Origin: a virus
Taxonomy: Duplodnaviria > Caudoviricetes
Reading direction: 5' to 3' (one strand)
Length of the DNA: 64,000 bases
Virus record (IMG/VR): IMGVR_UViG_3300013426_000018
Coordinates: 1 to 64,000 of that record
Part shown: positions 48,538 to 58,889 of the stretch, piece after piece
Layout of the letters: every line of letters begins with the position of its first letter
How positions within the stretch are numbered: position 1 is the stretch's first letter
Position numbers and translations under genes: made by a program
Notes under the pieces: generated by a model
Seen by the model: only the letters and a program-made list of their open reading frames with translations
Databases searched by the model: none
What the model was told of the DNA's origin: nothing

Positions 48538-49392
48538 ATGAATAAGTTTGACCGCCGTAGAAAGTACTGGCTGATTTTGGATTGCGAAACCGCAACTTTG
48601 CCTGAAGCATCTAAGTATGACGCAGACCCCGCTATGAAGCAGAAAGTAGCTATTGCGAAGCCCCTTATCTATGATTTGGGGTGGACAGTAGTGGACGCTC
48701 AAGGCCGCATTTACGCAAGACAGAATTTTCTCATTGCGGAAATTTTTTCTAATCCGGTAGTATTCAATACTGCCTATTACAAGGATAAGCGCCCCGGTTA
48801 TATTGAGAAAATCGCAATGGGTGAGGTTCGTGTTGTAATGTGGGAAGAAGCTATTGGGGAACTCTTAAATGATATGTCCCAGTGTGAAGGCGTGGGGGCT
48901 TATAATTCTATGTTTGACTTCAAGAAGGCACTTCCCTTTACTGATTTGTACCTTTCTAAGGTCTATGCACCTGATTTTGCGGAATGGATGGAATATCAAA
49001 ATAAAATTATTTCTGAAATTGCCCGGGGTAAGAGAGGACAAAACGAAAAAGAATTTGAAAGTGATGTTTTCCGATTCCGTGGGCAGGTTTTTCCCCTTTT
49101 TGATGTTTGGGGACTTGCTTGTAAGCACATTTTGAACTGTGACGAATACAAGAACATGTGTTCGGACAATGGATGGTTGACTGCATCGGGCAGATACTAT
49201 AAAACGAGTGCAGAAACTGCATTTCGGTTCGTTGCTGGTGATGATTCTTTCATCGAAGCACATACTGCACTTGAGGACGCCCTTATTGAATCCCTTTTGT
49301 TCGCTGAGTGCATGAAGCGAACCAAAAAGAAAATCGAGATGGGAATTATTTATTTCCCGTTCAAGATGTTGGGCGAAATAGGGGCGGAATAA
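48538..49392 (+). CDS. DEDDh 3'-5' exonuclease
   Basis: ILDCET, AYNSMFD, HTALEDA motifs. Confidence 0.88.
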   Translation: MNKFDRRRKYWLILDCETATLPEASKYDADPAMKQKVAIAKPLIYDLGWTVVDAQGRIYARQNFLIAEIFSNPVVFNTAYYKDKRPGYIEKIAMGEVRVVMWEEAIGELLNDMSQCEGVGAYNSMFDFKKALPFTDLYLSKVYAPDFAEWMEYQNKIISEIARGKRGQNEKEFESDVFRFRGQVFPLFDVWGLACKHILNCDEYKNMCSDNGWLTASGRYYKTSAETAFRFVAGDDSFIEAHTALEDALIESLLFAECMKRTKKKIEMGIIYFPFKMLGEIGAE

Positions 49393-49617
49393 TCCGCCCC
49401 CAAGCCAAAAGGAGAAGATAAAAATTGTTCTACCTCTTGGCAAATAGTTTTGCTTATACTATAATAGACCTACCAATAAAGAAGAGCAAGACCCCACTTG
49501 GACAAGGGGTTGTAAAATATGGGATGATGTTTTGAATTATTTGATGAGCCAAGGTGGAGATATAGACGTAGCATGGATTGAGCCGATTAAGTTTGAGGAT
49601 GAGGAGAAAGAAGAAAA

Positions 49618-49836
49618 ATGCTAATTGAAAGACGGTCGCCTATTAATTTGGTGCCTTTTGAGGATGTTTTCCCCGGCGTAGTATTTAAGGATGAAGATGG
49701 CACTATTTGTATGAAAGTAGAAAGAAAGCAAAACAATTTTTTCTATAATGCAGTTAACCTTGAGACAGGAAATCTTTACTCATATGACGATAGTTGTATA
49801 GTTGAGATTCTTGAGGACGCAATTTTAACATATTAA
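49618..49836 (+). CDS. Hypothetical protein
   Basis: GAGGAG upstream; followed by terminator. Confidence 0.7.
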   Translation: MLIERRSPINLVPFEDVFPGVVFKDEDGTICMKVERKQNNFFYNAVNLETGNLYSYDDSCIVEILEDAILTY

Positions 49837-50353
49837 AGGGAAGCGTAAGCTTCCCTTTTTTGTTATACAAGTTTTGAGCGGAGCGATTTTGATCAAATCG
49901 CTCCGAATTTTGAATTTGTCAAGTATTTAGAAAAAATTTTACAATTATCTGTCTTTCGCCTGCGGGCGTCTGTTTTCCCATAATAGACATTTGAGCGGTT
50001 CGACGCCGGAGGTGTTGAGCCGAATTTCCCCAATAAACCTCCATATGGGATTTTTTTGCTCAATCCAGCGACTTTTACCTTTCCCCTATTTCTCCCATAA
50101 ATACCCCATATGGCTTCGCTCGATTCAATCTAGGAACTTTTATCTTTCTATTTTCCCCATTTTTCTTGCCTAGCCTTTGCTCCGCTGTAGCTAACAAAAA
50201 TTTTAGCTACGGTTACTTCCCTTCCAAGTATTCGCAAATCCAATAGAGTAACAAAAAAAACAATACTACAGCTTCTCTAGCTCATTAAATTTTAGTCGGG
50301 GACAGATAAAATCCGACCAAGAGAGAAAGATAATAAAAACGGGCGGCCCCGCC

Positions 50354-50546
50354 TTGATTTTATTAAAAAAATATGATATAATAGGCTTTGCCCCACTTTT
50401 TCTACTTGATTTTTAATTAAATTTATGGTATAATATTAAAAAAAGGAACTTTTTAGTTGATTTTATTAAAAAATTATGGTATAATATTAAAAAAAGATAA
50501 TTTTTATTGTGTTTTTATTGATTTTACGCAAAAATTTTAGTATAAT
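50354..50546 (+). promoter_or_regulatory. Four tandem TTGATT-17-TATAAT promoter units
   Basis: Units at ~50354, 50406, 50457, 50518. Confidence 0.7.
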
Positions 50547-50575
50547 ATAATAAATAATAGGCAAAGGAGACACTT

Positions 50576-50755
50576 ATGGAACAAAAAATTATATATGCTA
50601 AGTGGCTAGCCATTGCTTTGCGGGAAAAAGGACATCAAATTATTAAAACCGAAGTTAACCCAATGAAGCCTCAGTTTAATATTTGGTACTTTAATTATAC
50701 TCCAAAGCTTGATAAAGACATTGGAGAACTTACCTCTGCTAAAAAACTAAGATAA
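50576..50755 (+). CDS. Small DUF5659-like protein (59 aa)
   Basis: IYAKWLAIALREKGH...NPMKPQFNIWYF pattern; AAGGAG RBS. Confidence 0.6.
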   Translation: MEQKIIYAKWLAIALREKGHQIIKTEVNPMKPQFNIWYFNYTPKLDKDIGELTSAKKLR

Positions 50756-50771
50756 AGAGGTACAAGCAAAT

Positions 50772-51272
50772 ATGGCTAATTTATTTTTAAAAGTAGATAA
50801 ACGATTTTATTTTTTAGGCGTTGACCCATTGGGAATTCTTATTTTAAGTTAGATAAACGAATATACAAGTAAAGGTATGACCTGTTTTATTAGTAATGAA
50901 TAGTTAGCTAAACAATTTGGCTCAAGTTTAAGTACAGTAAAAAGAACTATTACTAATTTAGAAAAAATGGGATATCTTAATAGAGATACTAAAAATACTA
51001 ATCAAGGTAAAGAACGTTTTTTAACTATTAATGAAGAAATAATAGAAAGTACTTATGCCAAGGCTCAATCTGAGCTTTGCCAATCCGCAAGGCTCACCGA
51101 GAACCTTGCGCAAGGTTCAATTTGCCCCTTGGGCAAGGGTCAGAATGGACCTATAAAAGATAAGAATGAGGAGCAAGCTCCTCTGGAAGAAGATAAAAAT
51201 AAAAAAGATAAATTAGGGGCTACGACTTCAAAAATTTCCTATGAGGTTACTCAAGCTCCTAAGTAGTCTTAA
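50772..51272 (+). CDS. HTH replication initiator-like protein with internal iterons (166 aa, TAG=Gln)
   Basis: CFISNEQLAKQFGSSLSTVKRTITNLEKMGYL HTH; iterons at 51059-51154. Confidence 0.7.
51059..51154 (+). repeat. Four imperfect-palindrome iterons starting CAAGG(C/T/G)TCA
   Basis: Starts at 51059, 51088, 51111, 51134 (spacing 29, 23, 23). Confidence 0.75.
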
Positions 51273-51760
51273 ATTCTTTCTGAAATTCAGAAGAACTCTA
51301 AAAACCAAAAGGAAAAAGAAAGGAACAAGATAGATATCAATAGACTTCCATTAATAGACAAAGAAGAAGTAGATAAAAACCCAAATAGATATGTCCAACA
51401 AGATAATTCAATTGTAGTTGACTTTTATACTTCAAAGAGTTATAGAATAAAAGAAAAAGAATAAAAAAATTAAGGGATAAGCTATGCTTATCCCTTTCCT
51501 TTTGGAAAATTTCAGTTGAAAATTTCAGATGTTCCTTGCCCTTCGGGCAAATTTGGTTTCATTTTTTAAAATGTCCCCTTACTTGTTTTTATTTAAAATT
51601 TTTAGTATAATATAATGGGATATATTATTATATAATAAAAAATGTTAAAAAATTTTGTTAAAAAAGGTTATACCGGAACGAAAAAGTAAGCGTGAATTTG
51701 GACAAAATGTGAAAATAATATCCAAGGTATTTTTATATTACTATGGAAGGAGGCATATTA

Positions 51761-52399
51761 ATGTCTAAAAAATACGAAAAAAGTTTTCCCGCAGACACTT
51801 CTTTAAATAAAGATGCTGAAGGGAATTTAATAAAAACATTCTTAAACGATCCTAAAGCCGATGCAGAACTCTATGCTTATTTATTATCAATGTCAAAAGG
51901 TGATAAAGAAAAAAAAGAAACAATAGTTTATAAAAATACTTTACCCTCTTAGTCATTCATAGCAACAGAAATTCTTCATTATAAAAGTCGTCGAACAGTT
52001 ATTAACCATTTAAATTATCTTAAAGAGCAGAAATATGTTATAGACGAAGGTGAATATTATATTTTACCCAATAAAGAAAAAATGTATTTTAAAATTCCTC
52101 AAGATTTATTAACTTTTTTCTTAACTACAGTAAAAGAGCCTGTTATTAAAACTTATATCTATTTGGGGTAGAGAAATAACTATAAACCTAATCAGTATGT
52201 TTTTACATTAAAAGAAATATGCGAACATTTAGGTTTATGTTACTCAAAAAACAGTGAAACTATTAAAGATTATCTTTTTATTTTAGAACAGTTAAAACTT
52301 ATTAAAGTTGTTAAATTTTATGAAGGAAATATTCCTAAAATGCGATTAATTCATTTTACTACTGAAATATCAAAAAGAGAAAAATATTTGATTGATTAA
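51761..52399 (+). CDS. Tandem winged-helix Rep-like protein, copy 1 (212 aa, TAG=Gln)
   Basis: Two HTH-like units (SRRTVINHLNYLKEQKYV; FTLKEICEHLG...YLFILEQLKLI). Confidence 0.7.
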
Positions 52400-52402
52400 C
52401 CA

Positions 52403-52489
52403 TGTGAAAAAATAGTTAATTAGTGTGTGAAAAAATAGTTAATTAGTGTGTGAAAAAATAGTTAATTAGTGTGTGAAAAAATAGTTAAT
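52403..52489 (+). repeat. Iteron-like array, 3.8 x 23 bp TGTGAAAAAATAGTTAATTAGTG
   Basis: Perfect direct repeats starting 4 bp after the stop codon, followed by an AT-rich tract. Confidence 0.92.
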
Positions 52490-53001
52490 AATTCTAAATA
52501 ATACTAAATAAACTTAATAATACTAAATAAGCGGTTATTTAATCAAATCGCTTCGCTCATTGATTAAATAACCTTAAGGGACTCGCACATCAAATTTCAG
52601 TTGAAAATTTCAAACATTCCTTGCCCTTCGGGCAATTTTTATTACTTTAATAGAAATCTCCCTTTTTTACTAATACCAAGAAAGAGCCTTGATTTCAGTA
52701 ATTTTGGGAGGTTTCTATTACTTTAAAAGATTCCATTAAAGAACCTTCCAATAGATAATAAAAAATAAGAAGACATAATAAAACAAGTACTGTCCAAGAG
52801 AGAAAAAATGTATTATATGTGGAGCAAAGCTCCATCAAGGGAGGCCCTCCCTTATTATATCATAATTTTTTATTAAAAGCAAATTTGTTAAAAATATTTG
52901 TTAAAAAAGTAAGTATGAGTATGTTAAAAAATCATAACAGCTTTGGGCAAACTTTTTCCAATTACCTTTTTCATTTTTCATAATCTTTGAAAGGAGGCTA
53001 T

Positions 53002-53619
53002 ATGTGCCTAAAAAATACGAAAAAAAATTTTCCCGCAGATACTTCAATGAAAAAAGATGAAGAAGGAAGACTTATTAAAACATTTTTAAATGATCCCAAA
53101 GCTGATGCTGAACTTTACACCTATCTTTTATCAATGTCGATAGGAGAGGAAGGAGAAACTCGAGTTTATAAAAATGCCCTTCCCAATTAGGAAACTATTG
53201 CTACTAAAATTTTACGGTATAAAACTCGTAGAACTGTTTATAATCATTTAAAGTATTTAGAAGATTAGGAATATGTTCAAGACAAAGGTAAATATTATTT
53301 ATTACCCAACAAAGAAAAAATGTACTTTAGAGTACCACAAGATTTACTCTCTTTCTTTATTGATACTGTTAAAGAACCAGTTATTAAGACTTATATTTAT
53401 TTAGGACAAAGAAATAACTATAAACCCAACTAGTATGTTTTTACTATTAAAGAAATATGTGAACATTTGGGAATTAGTTACACTAATAATTCTTCTTCTG
53501 TTAGAAATTACTTAACTGCTTTGGAAAAATTTGAATTAATAAAAACAGTAGAGTTTTATGAAAATGAAACGCCAAAAATTCGTTTAATAGGATTCTCTAC
53601 TAATAGCCCTAAGAAATGA
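53002..53619 (+). CDS. Tandem winged-helix Rep-like protein, copy 2 (205 aa, TAG=Gln)
   Basis: Clear paralog of 51761-52399 (TFLNDPKADAELY, TVKEPVIKTYIYLGQRNNYKPNQYVFT). Confidence 0.7.
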
Positions 53620-53634
53620 GAATTTGATTCACGC

Positions 53635-53721
53635 TGGGAAAAAAATACTGAAAGGTTTGGGAAAAAAATACTGAAAGGTTTGGGAAAAAAATACTGAAAG
53701 GTTTGGGAAAAAAATACTGAA
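53635..53721 (+). repeat. Iteron-like array, 3.8 x 23 bp TGGGAAAAAAATACTGAAAGGTT
   Basis: Perfect direct repeats just after the stop codon, followed by an AT-rich tract. Confidence 0.92.
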
Positions 53722-53843
53722 CATTCTAACTAAACTAAGAAGTAAACAAAACGGGGAAGCTTTTAACTTCCCCTTAATTCTAAACGTCTCTCTTTTAACA
53801 AAGAGAGACTTAACTAATACTCTCGCGTATCAAATCTTCTCCT

Positions 53844-54533
53844 TTACCAAGCTGACCGCACATAAACCGGCACTTTCATTGGCCAAATACCTGTATCATT
53901 CTAATAAGCTTTTAATCCTTCTAAAAAGCTATGATATCTTATTTGCCCTACTTTTTCATACGCTTCCTATTGGGTATATTCTCCTTCTTTCTACTTAGCC
54001 CAAATATCAGCTTCCTAATCAATAGAATTCTATGTTTCAAAATATGATTTTAATTCATCAATTTCTTTTTTAGTCATTAAAACATATTTATTACGCAGTT
54101 TATCTAAATAACACCATCTATAATCATCCTTAACGTAATAACCTATATTAACTAAATCTTTTAGCTATTCCCGCACATATACTTTTAAAGTTGATAATTG
54201 TAAGTCTAATGCCTATATTTCACCATCAACCATAATAATACGAGCAATATTAGATCCAGTTTGTCTGGGATCAAAATGAATAGTTGATTTAATATGTGAA
54301 GCAATAGTATTATTCTTTTGGAGTTTTGTATATTCCTTAAGAGAAAGATAAGTGCCTTTTTCTTCTGTAAATATATAATAAACACCATTATTTCCTTTAT
54401 GAATTATTTTAAATTCATAAAAACGTTTTAAATGTTCTTCATATCTATCTCGAACCTTTCTAAGCTAATTATAACTAATATTAAGTTCTTGCGCAAGAGC
54501 TTTAGTAGAATACTTTTTATTTAGTTCTATCAT
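53844..54533 (-). CDS. Hypothetical protein with N-terminal HTH-like segment (229 aa, TAG=Gln)
   Basis: MIELNKKYSTKALAQELNISY...; open only with TAG readthrough. Confidence 0.7.
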
Positions 54534-55000
54534 TCTTTCATTTCCTTCCTATAAGATAATAAATTAATAAAGACAACGTTGTCAGTTTAATTATTCCAAT
54601 AGTCAGTGAAAAAAGAAATAATATTATGATAGAACTTTGTCCTAGGAGAAAAGAAATATACGTTGTTACCTTTTTTTTCGCATTGTATTTATCTTCTATC
54701 GCAAAAAAAAGGTAACAACGTAAATGAATTAGTCAACAGCTGTTACTTTATTCATCCAATAGCCAGTGAAAAAAGAAATAATATTATGTGTAGGGCCTAC
54801 CCCCATATATTATAGCATAAATTTTAATTAAAAGCAAATAGGTAAAATATTTGACTATAAAATAGGCAAAATTATACCAGTCCAAAAGGGTAAAAAAGTA
54901 GTAGTTCAAAAATTATTAAATTGCTTGACATAGTTAAACGGTTAATATTTAAGGGAGTCAAGGTTGAATTAATTAAAAATTTTTGACACACCAACTCAGG

Positions 55001-55097
55001 TATTTTAAACTATTTTAAACTATTTTAAACTATTTTAAACTATTTTAAACTATTTTAAACTATTTTTAACTATTTTTAACTATTTTTAACTATTTTT
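55001..55097. repeat. 10-bp tandem repeat: 6 x TATTTTAAAC + 3 x TATTTTTAAC + partial
   Basis: Read directly from the sequence. Confidence 0.95.
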
Positions 55098-55670
55098 ATT
55101 TTTAGGGGTAGCATAGCTACCCTCTTATTTTACCAATTTACCTCATCAACTAATTTAGTCCTCTTCTTTGGATAGAACCCCAATTTCTCAATAACCATAC
55201 TGTTTGCGTTTTACTCTACTAGCATAGTTTTTAGTAGTATTAAGATTCACCTAAGCTTTCACTTCTGGTACATTATAATAAATCTCACTGCCAACTCTCG
55301 AGCAAGTATCAATTCTTAATTTAGTAAATTTTTCATTTACTAATTTATTGTCTTTAGTTTTTATAATACCCCATCTTTTGGGAACTTCTTCCTTCAAAAT
55401 GATAATCGGCATAACTTTTTAATATTTCAAATTTCTTTTCTCGAGCAGACTTTTGGCCTTTAGAGATAGTTTGGGCCGATTTAGTAGTACTTCGTGCGAC
55501 TAAACGTCCCCGTAGGAAAAAGATTCGTTCTACGAACGGACTTTTAACATAAAACGCAGACTAAGCCAAAAATTAGTTGGAGCTTCGCTCTTACTATCCC
55601 CAGCCTTGATTTTACCAAAAAAATATATTATAATATAAATAAACTAAAAAGAAAGAAGGTTCCCATTCCT

Positions 55671-56096
55671 ATGAATAAATTTTAGCCCTCCCGCATTCTA
55701 TTCTACATCTTATCCTTCTCCTGGGGCATAATCCTCTCCTCTCTAGGAGCCATTGCCTTTCTGGCACTCCGCATCCTAGGCGTCCCTTGGGCGCCTAATC
55801 AATACGGCTATGTAACTTATCTAGGTAAACCCAATTGGGGCGGTTTTACTTTAGGCCCTTTTTCCTTCGTTTGCCCAAACGCTACCCAAGACCTCCTCAC
55901 TCACGAAGCCGGTCATTCCTACCAGAACATGGCCTACGGCCCCATAATGGTGATACTGACACTAGTCAGCATCTTTCACTATTGGATCAGTTGTTTTGTG
56001 CCGAAAGTACAAAACAACTATTATGACTTTTGGCTAGAAGCTGATGCCTCTAAATGGGGAAAGAACATGGGAAGCTTCGCTTCCCCAAAAAAGTAA
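55671..56096 (+). CDS. Membrane-associated HExxH zincin-like protein (141 aa, TAG at codon 5)
   Basis: Hydrophobic N-term, WGGFTLG, LLTHEAGHSYQ, distal WLEADA; own promoter; missed by the ORF track. Confidence 0.75.
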
Positions 56097-56229
56097 AATA
56101 TGGGAAGCTTCGCTTCCCCAAAAAAATTTTTACTTTATAAAAATTTTATGATATAATATATATAGAAAAAGTTAAGGGAGCTTTGCTCCCTTAAAAAAAG
56201 TTGAAGTAAAAGACCTCCCCAGTAGATGC

Positions 56230-56747
56230 GGTCAATTTACTAACTCCACTATTGGTAATAATCCCTTTGCGGAAGCTATTAAAGACAATTGCCCAAACAC
56301 GCAAGTCTTAGGTATTAGTGAAATAGATGCCCGTCCTCTTAAAGCCTATGAAGTTTTACATGGTCCCCCTAATAATAAACGAATCATATTTAGTAGATTC
56401 TTCTCCGCTTGCCGATATATCTTCTCCTTGTTATACAGCTTCTAAAAAGTTAGCTGATTATAAATCAGGAGGGCAAGGCAACCGCATTTGCCCAAGGTGT
56501 TACTTTAACTGCTTCTGGAGGAGGACATGCGGGATCAAGTGGCGGTCTTTATTTGCGGGAAGGAAATATTTATAAACTTTTTCCAATAGAAATGTGTAAA
56601 GTTATGGGCTGGACTAAAGAAGAAGCTGGAAAAATCTGTTCAGTCCTTTCTCCTCGTGAAGTAGGATTTTGTTTAGGCAATGCTATTGATAGGACAGTTC
56701 TATCAATTTTAGCTAAATCAATAATTGAACAATATAATTTAAATTAA
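56230..56747 (+). pseudogene. Decayed C5 cytosine DNA methyltransferase
   Basis: VLGISEIDARPLKAYEVLHG (motifs II-III), YKLFPIEMCKVMGW and LGNAID (motifs IX-X) in broken frames; no intact catalytic core visible. Confidence 0.6.
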
Positions 56748-56765
56748 AAAAGGAGTAATTATTAT

Positions 56766-57257
56766 ATGATTTACGATTTTAATGACTTGGAAGCTATGCT
56801 GCGTAATGGTGCTTCTGATGCTGAAATTGCTGAAGCTTTTGCGGAGAACCTTAATCTAGCAAGAGCCGCAGAAGATAAGAGAAAGGCAGAAGAAGAAAAG
56901 AAAGCAAAGGAAGAAGCTGCTAAGGCTGAGGAAGAGAAGCTCAACAAGGAAGCATCTATGCAACTTGCTACTAATGCCGCTGTTGCCCTTAACGCTCTCC
57001 TTATCCATGAAGGCATTTTGCGTGAAGGGGAAGCTTGTTTCCTTCCTGAAGATCTACTCGCCACTATTAGCGATGCCCGCAAGGAAACTGCAAATATTCG
57101 CTCTCTCATCGACTCTGTCGCTGATCTATGGGACACTTTGGGCCTGGGAAGTAAAGCTCCCAAGTGCGAAAAGCCTACTAAGGTAAAGACAAAGATCAAT
57201 GAGGATCTCTCTGACGAAGATATCTTTAATGAACTTTTTAATAAGCTGTTCAAGTGA
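56766..57257 (+). CDS. Hypothetical coiled-coil protein
   Basis: Track ORF, AAGGAG RBS. Confidence 0.8.
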   Translation: MIYDFNDLEAMLRNGASDAEIAEAFAENLNLARAAEDKRKAEEEKKAKEEAAKAEEEKLNKEASMQLATNAAVALNALLIHEGILREGEACFLPEDLLATISDARKETANIRSLIDSVADLWDTLGLGSKAPKCEKPTKVKTKINEDLSDEDIFNELFNKLFK

Positions 57258-57332
57258 TAGGGAGTAAAGCTACAGAAGAACAATCCACTTACATCACAGA
57301 ACACTCTGCTATGTCTCCTGGAGGTAATTAAA

Positions 57333-58874
57333 TTGGAACCATTTGAAGTACTATCAGAAACTGATAAAAAAATTTTTCTCCAATATATCAAAGATTTTGG
57401 AGATGCAAAACCCGAAGCTCCTCTCTCTACAATTCTTCGCTTCTGGAATACAAATAAGCAATTTCTCTTCGATGCTTTTGGTCAGAAGCTTATTCTAGAA
57501 AAAGAGATCCAAGTGCGGAAAACCAATGATGAAATTATCGGAAGTTGGAATGATGCTCCAATTTCTCAGCAAAAAGCTTATGAGGACATTGTTTCTGGCT
57601 TACGGACCAAAGCTGAGGAACTTTTTCCAATTCGCCCTGATGAGGCCCGCACAGCTCAATCTTTTGGGTATATTCCTTCACATCCTAATGAATATTATCT
57701 CTTAAGCGATAGATTTCTTACTCGTTCCAATTTTGTTACAAATACTTACTCTGAGGAAACCTTTTATATTCCTACTCGAAACGGCAAACGTATTAAAGTC
57801 CAAAAGGGATGTCATCTTATGCCTACTCTTCGTAAAATTTGTCATGAATTTGGCATCCCCGAAGAGACATATGAAAGCGTGCGTCTCTTCCAGTCTCAGC
57901 TTACTAATAATGCCTATGCTTATGGAACTCTTTGCCTTTCTATTGCCCCCATTGACTTTCTCACTATGAGTGATAATGATTGCAACTGGAATAGTTGTAT
58001 GAGTTGGGTCGATCATACGGGTGAGTATCGGCAGGGCACTATCGAGATGATGAATAGTTCCTGCGTGCTTGTTGCGTATCTTAAATCAGACACTCCTTAT
58101 ATACTTTGGAGCAATAGTCAACCAACCCTTTCTAATAAGAAATGGCGTCAGCTAGTTATTGCCAATAGAGATATCATCTTAGGCAACCGCCATTATCCCT
58201 ATCAATATCCTGACCTAGAAGCTCAAATTCTCTCTTGGGTGCGGGAGTTGTTAGGAGGAGATGAACAATTCTCTTCAATCATTTTACCTATTTGCAATCT
58301 TCTTCATAAGGACAACAACCCAGGAGGCTATGATTACATTTGGGATTTTGAAACCGTTCATATGTATAATGATATTTATGAATGGCGAAATGCTTATCTC
58401 TCTAATAACTTTTTCACTAATTATCCTAAAGAATATTCCCTTAACTTCAGTGGAGAAGCTGAATGTATGTCTTGTGGAGAAGTTATTTACGGTAGTGAAT
58501 TTGATACTAGCTGGGTTAAGTGTATTGATTGTAATAGAGCTTTAATATGTAATAATTGCGGAAGTTTTATTCTTCCCGAGTGTGATGATTACTATACTAA
58601 TGATAATGAGGAAGTCTTTTGTTGTTATTGCGTCCAAAATAGCAATGAAATTTGTATTTGTCCTTGTTGCCAACAGCCCTATTATGATTCCGATCTAGAA
58701 ACTATTGAATATCTAGCGAATGATTCTCTCTATAATCATTTCATCTCTGCTTGTTCTAATTGTTTTCCTGCTTTTGGAGAATTTGGCCCCAAGGATGAAG
58801 ATGGGACTTATAACGCTAAAAACTTTACAACTATCGCAATTGATTTCTGCAATGATTGCGGGGAATATGCTTAA
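57333..58874 (+). CDS. Hypothetical protein with Cys-rich multi-zinc-ribbon C-terminus (513 aa)
   Basis: GGAGG RBS; DFLTMSDNDCNWNSCM; many CxxC. Confidence 0.8.
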   Translation: MEPFEVLSETDKKIFLQYIKDFGDAKPEAPLSTILRFWNTNKQFLFDAFGQKLILEKEIQVRKTNDEIIGSWNDAPISQQKAYEDIVSGLRTKAEELFPIRPDEARTAQSFGYIPSHPNEYYLLSDRFLTRSNFVTNTYSEETFYIPTRNGKRIKVQKGCHLMPTLRKICHEFGIPEETYESVRLFQSQLTNNAYAYGTLCLSIAPIDFLTMSDNDCNWNSCMSWVDHTGEYRQGTIEMMNSSCVLVAYLKSDTPYILWSNSQPTLSNKKWRQLVIANRDIILGNRHYPYQYPDLEAQILSWVRELLGGDEQFSSIILPICNLLHKDNNPGGYDYIWDFETVHMYNDIYEWRNAYLSNNFFTNYPKEYSLNFSGEAECMSCGEVIYGSEFDTSWVKCIDCNRALICNNCGSFILPECDDYYTNDNEEVFCCYCVQNSNEICICPCCQQPYYDSDLETIEYLANDSLYNHFISACSNCFPAFGEFGPKDEDGTYNAKNFTTIAIDFCNDCGEYA

Positions 58875-58889
58875 AAAAAGGAGAATAAT

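Noticed and set aside
52403-53721. 23-bp repeat arrays as CRISPR arrays
   Set aside because: Repeats are directly adjacent with no spacers, and no cas genes are present
55448-55482. Possible ninth member of the hairpin family
   Set aside because: Stem pairing is poor and the geometry does not match
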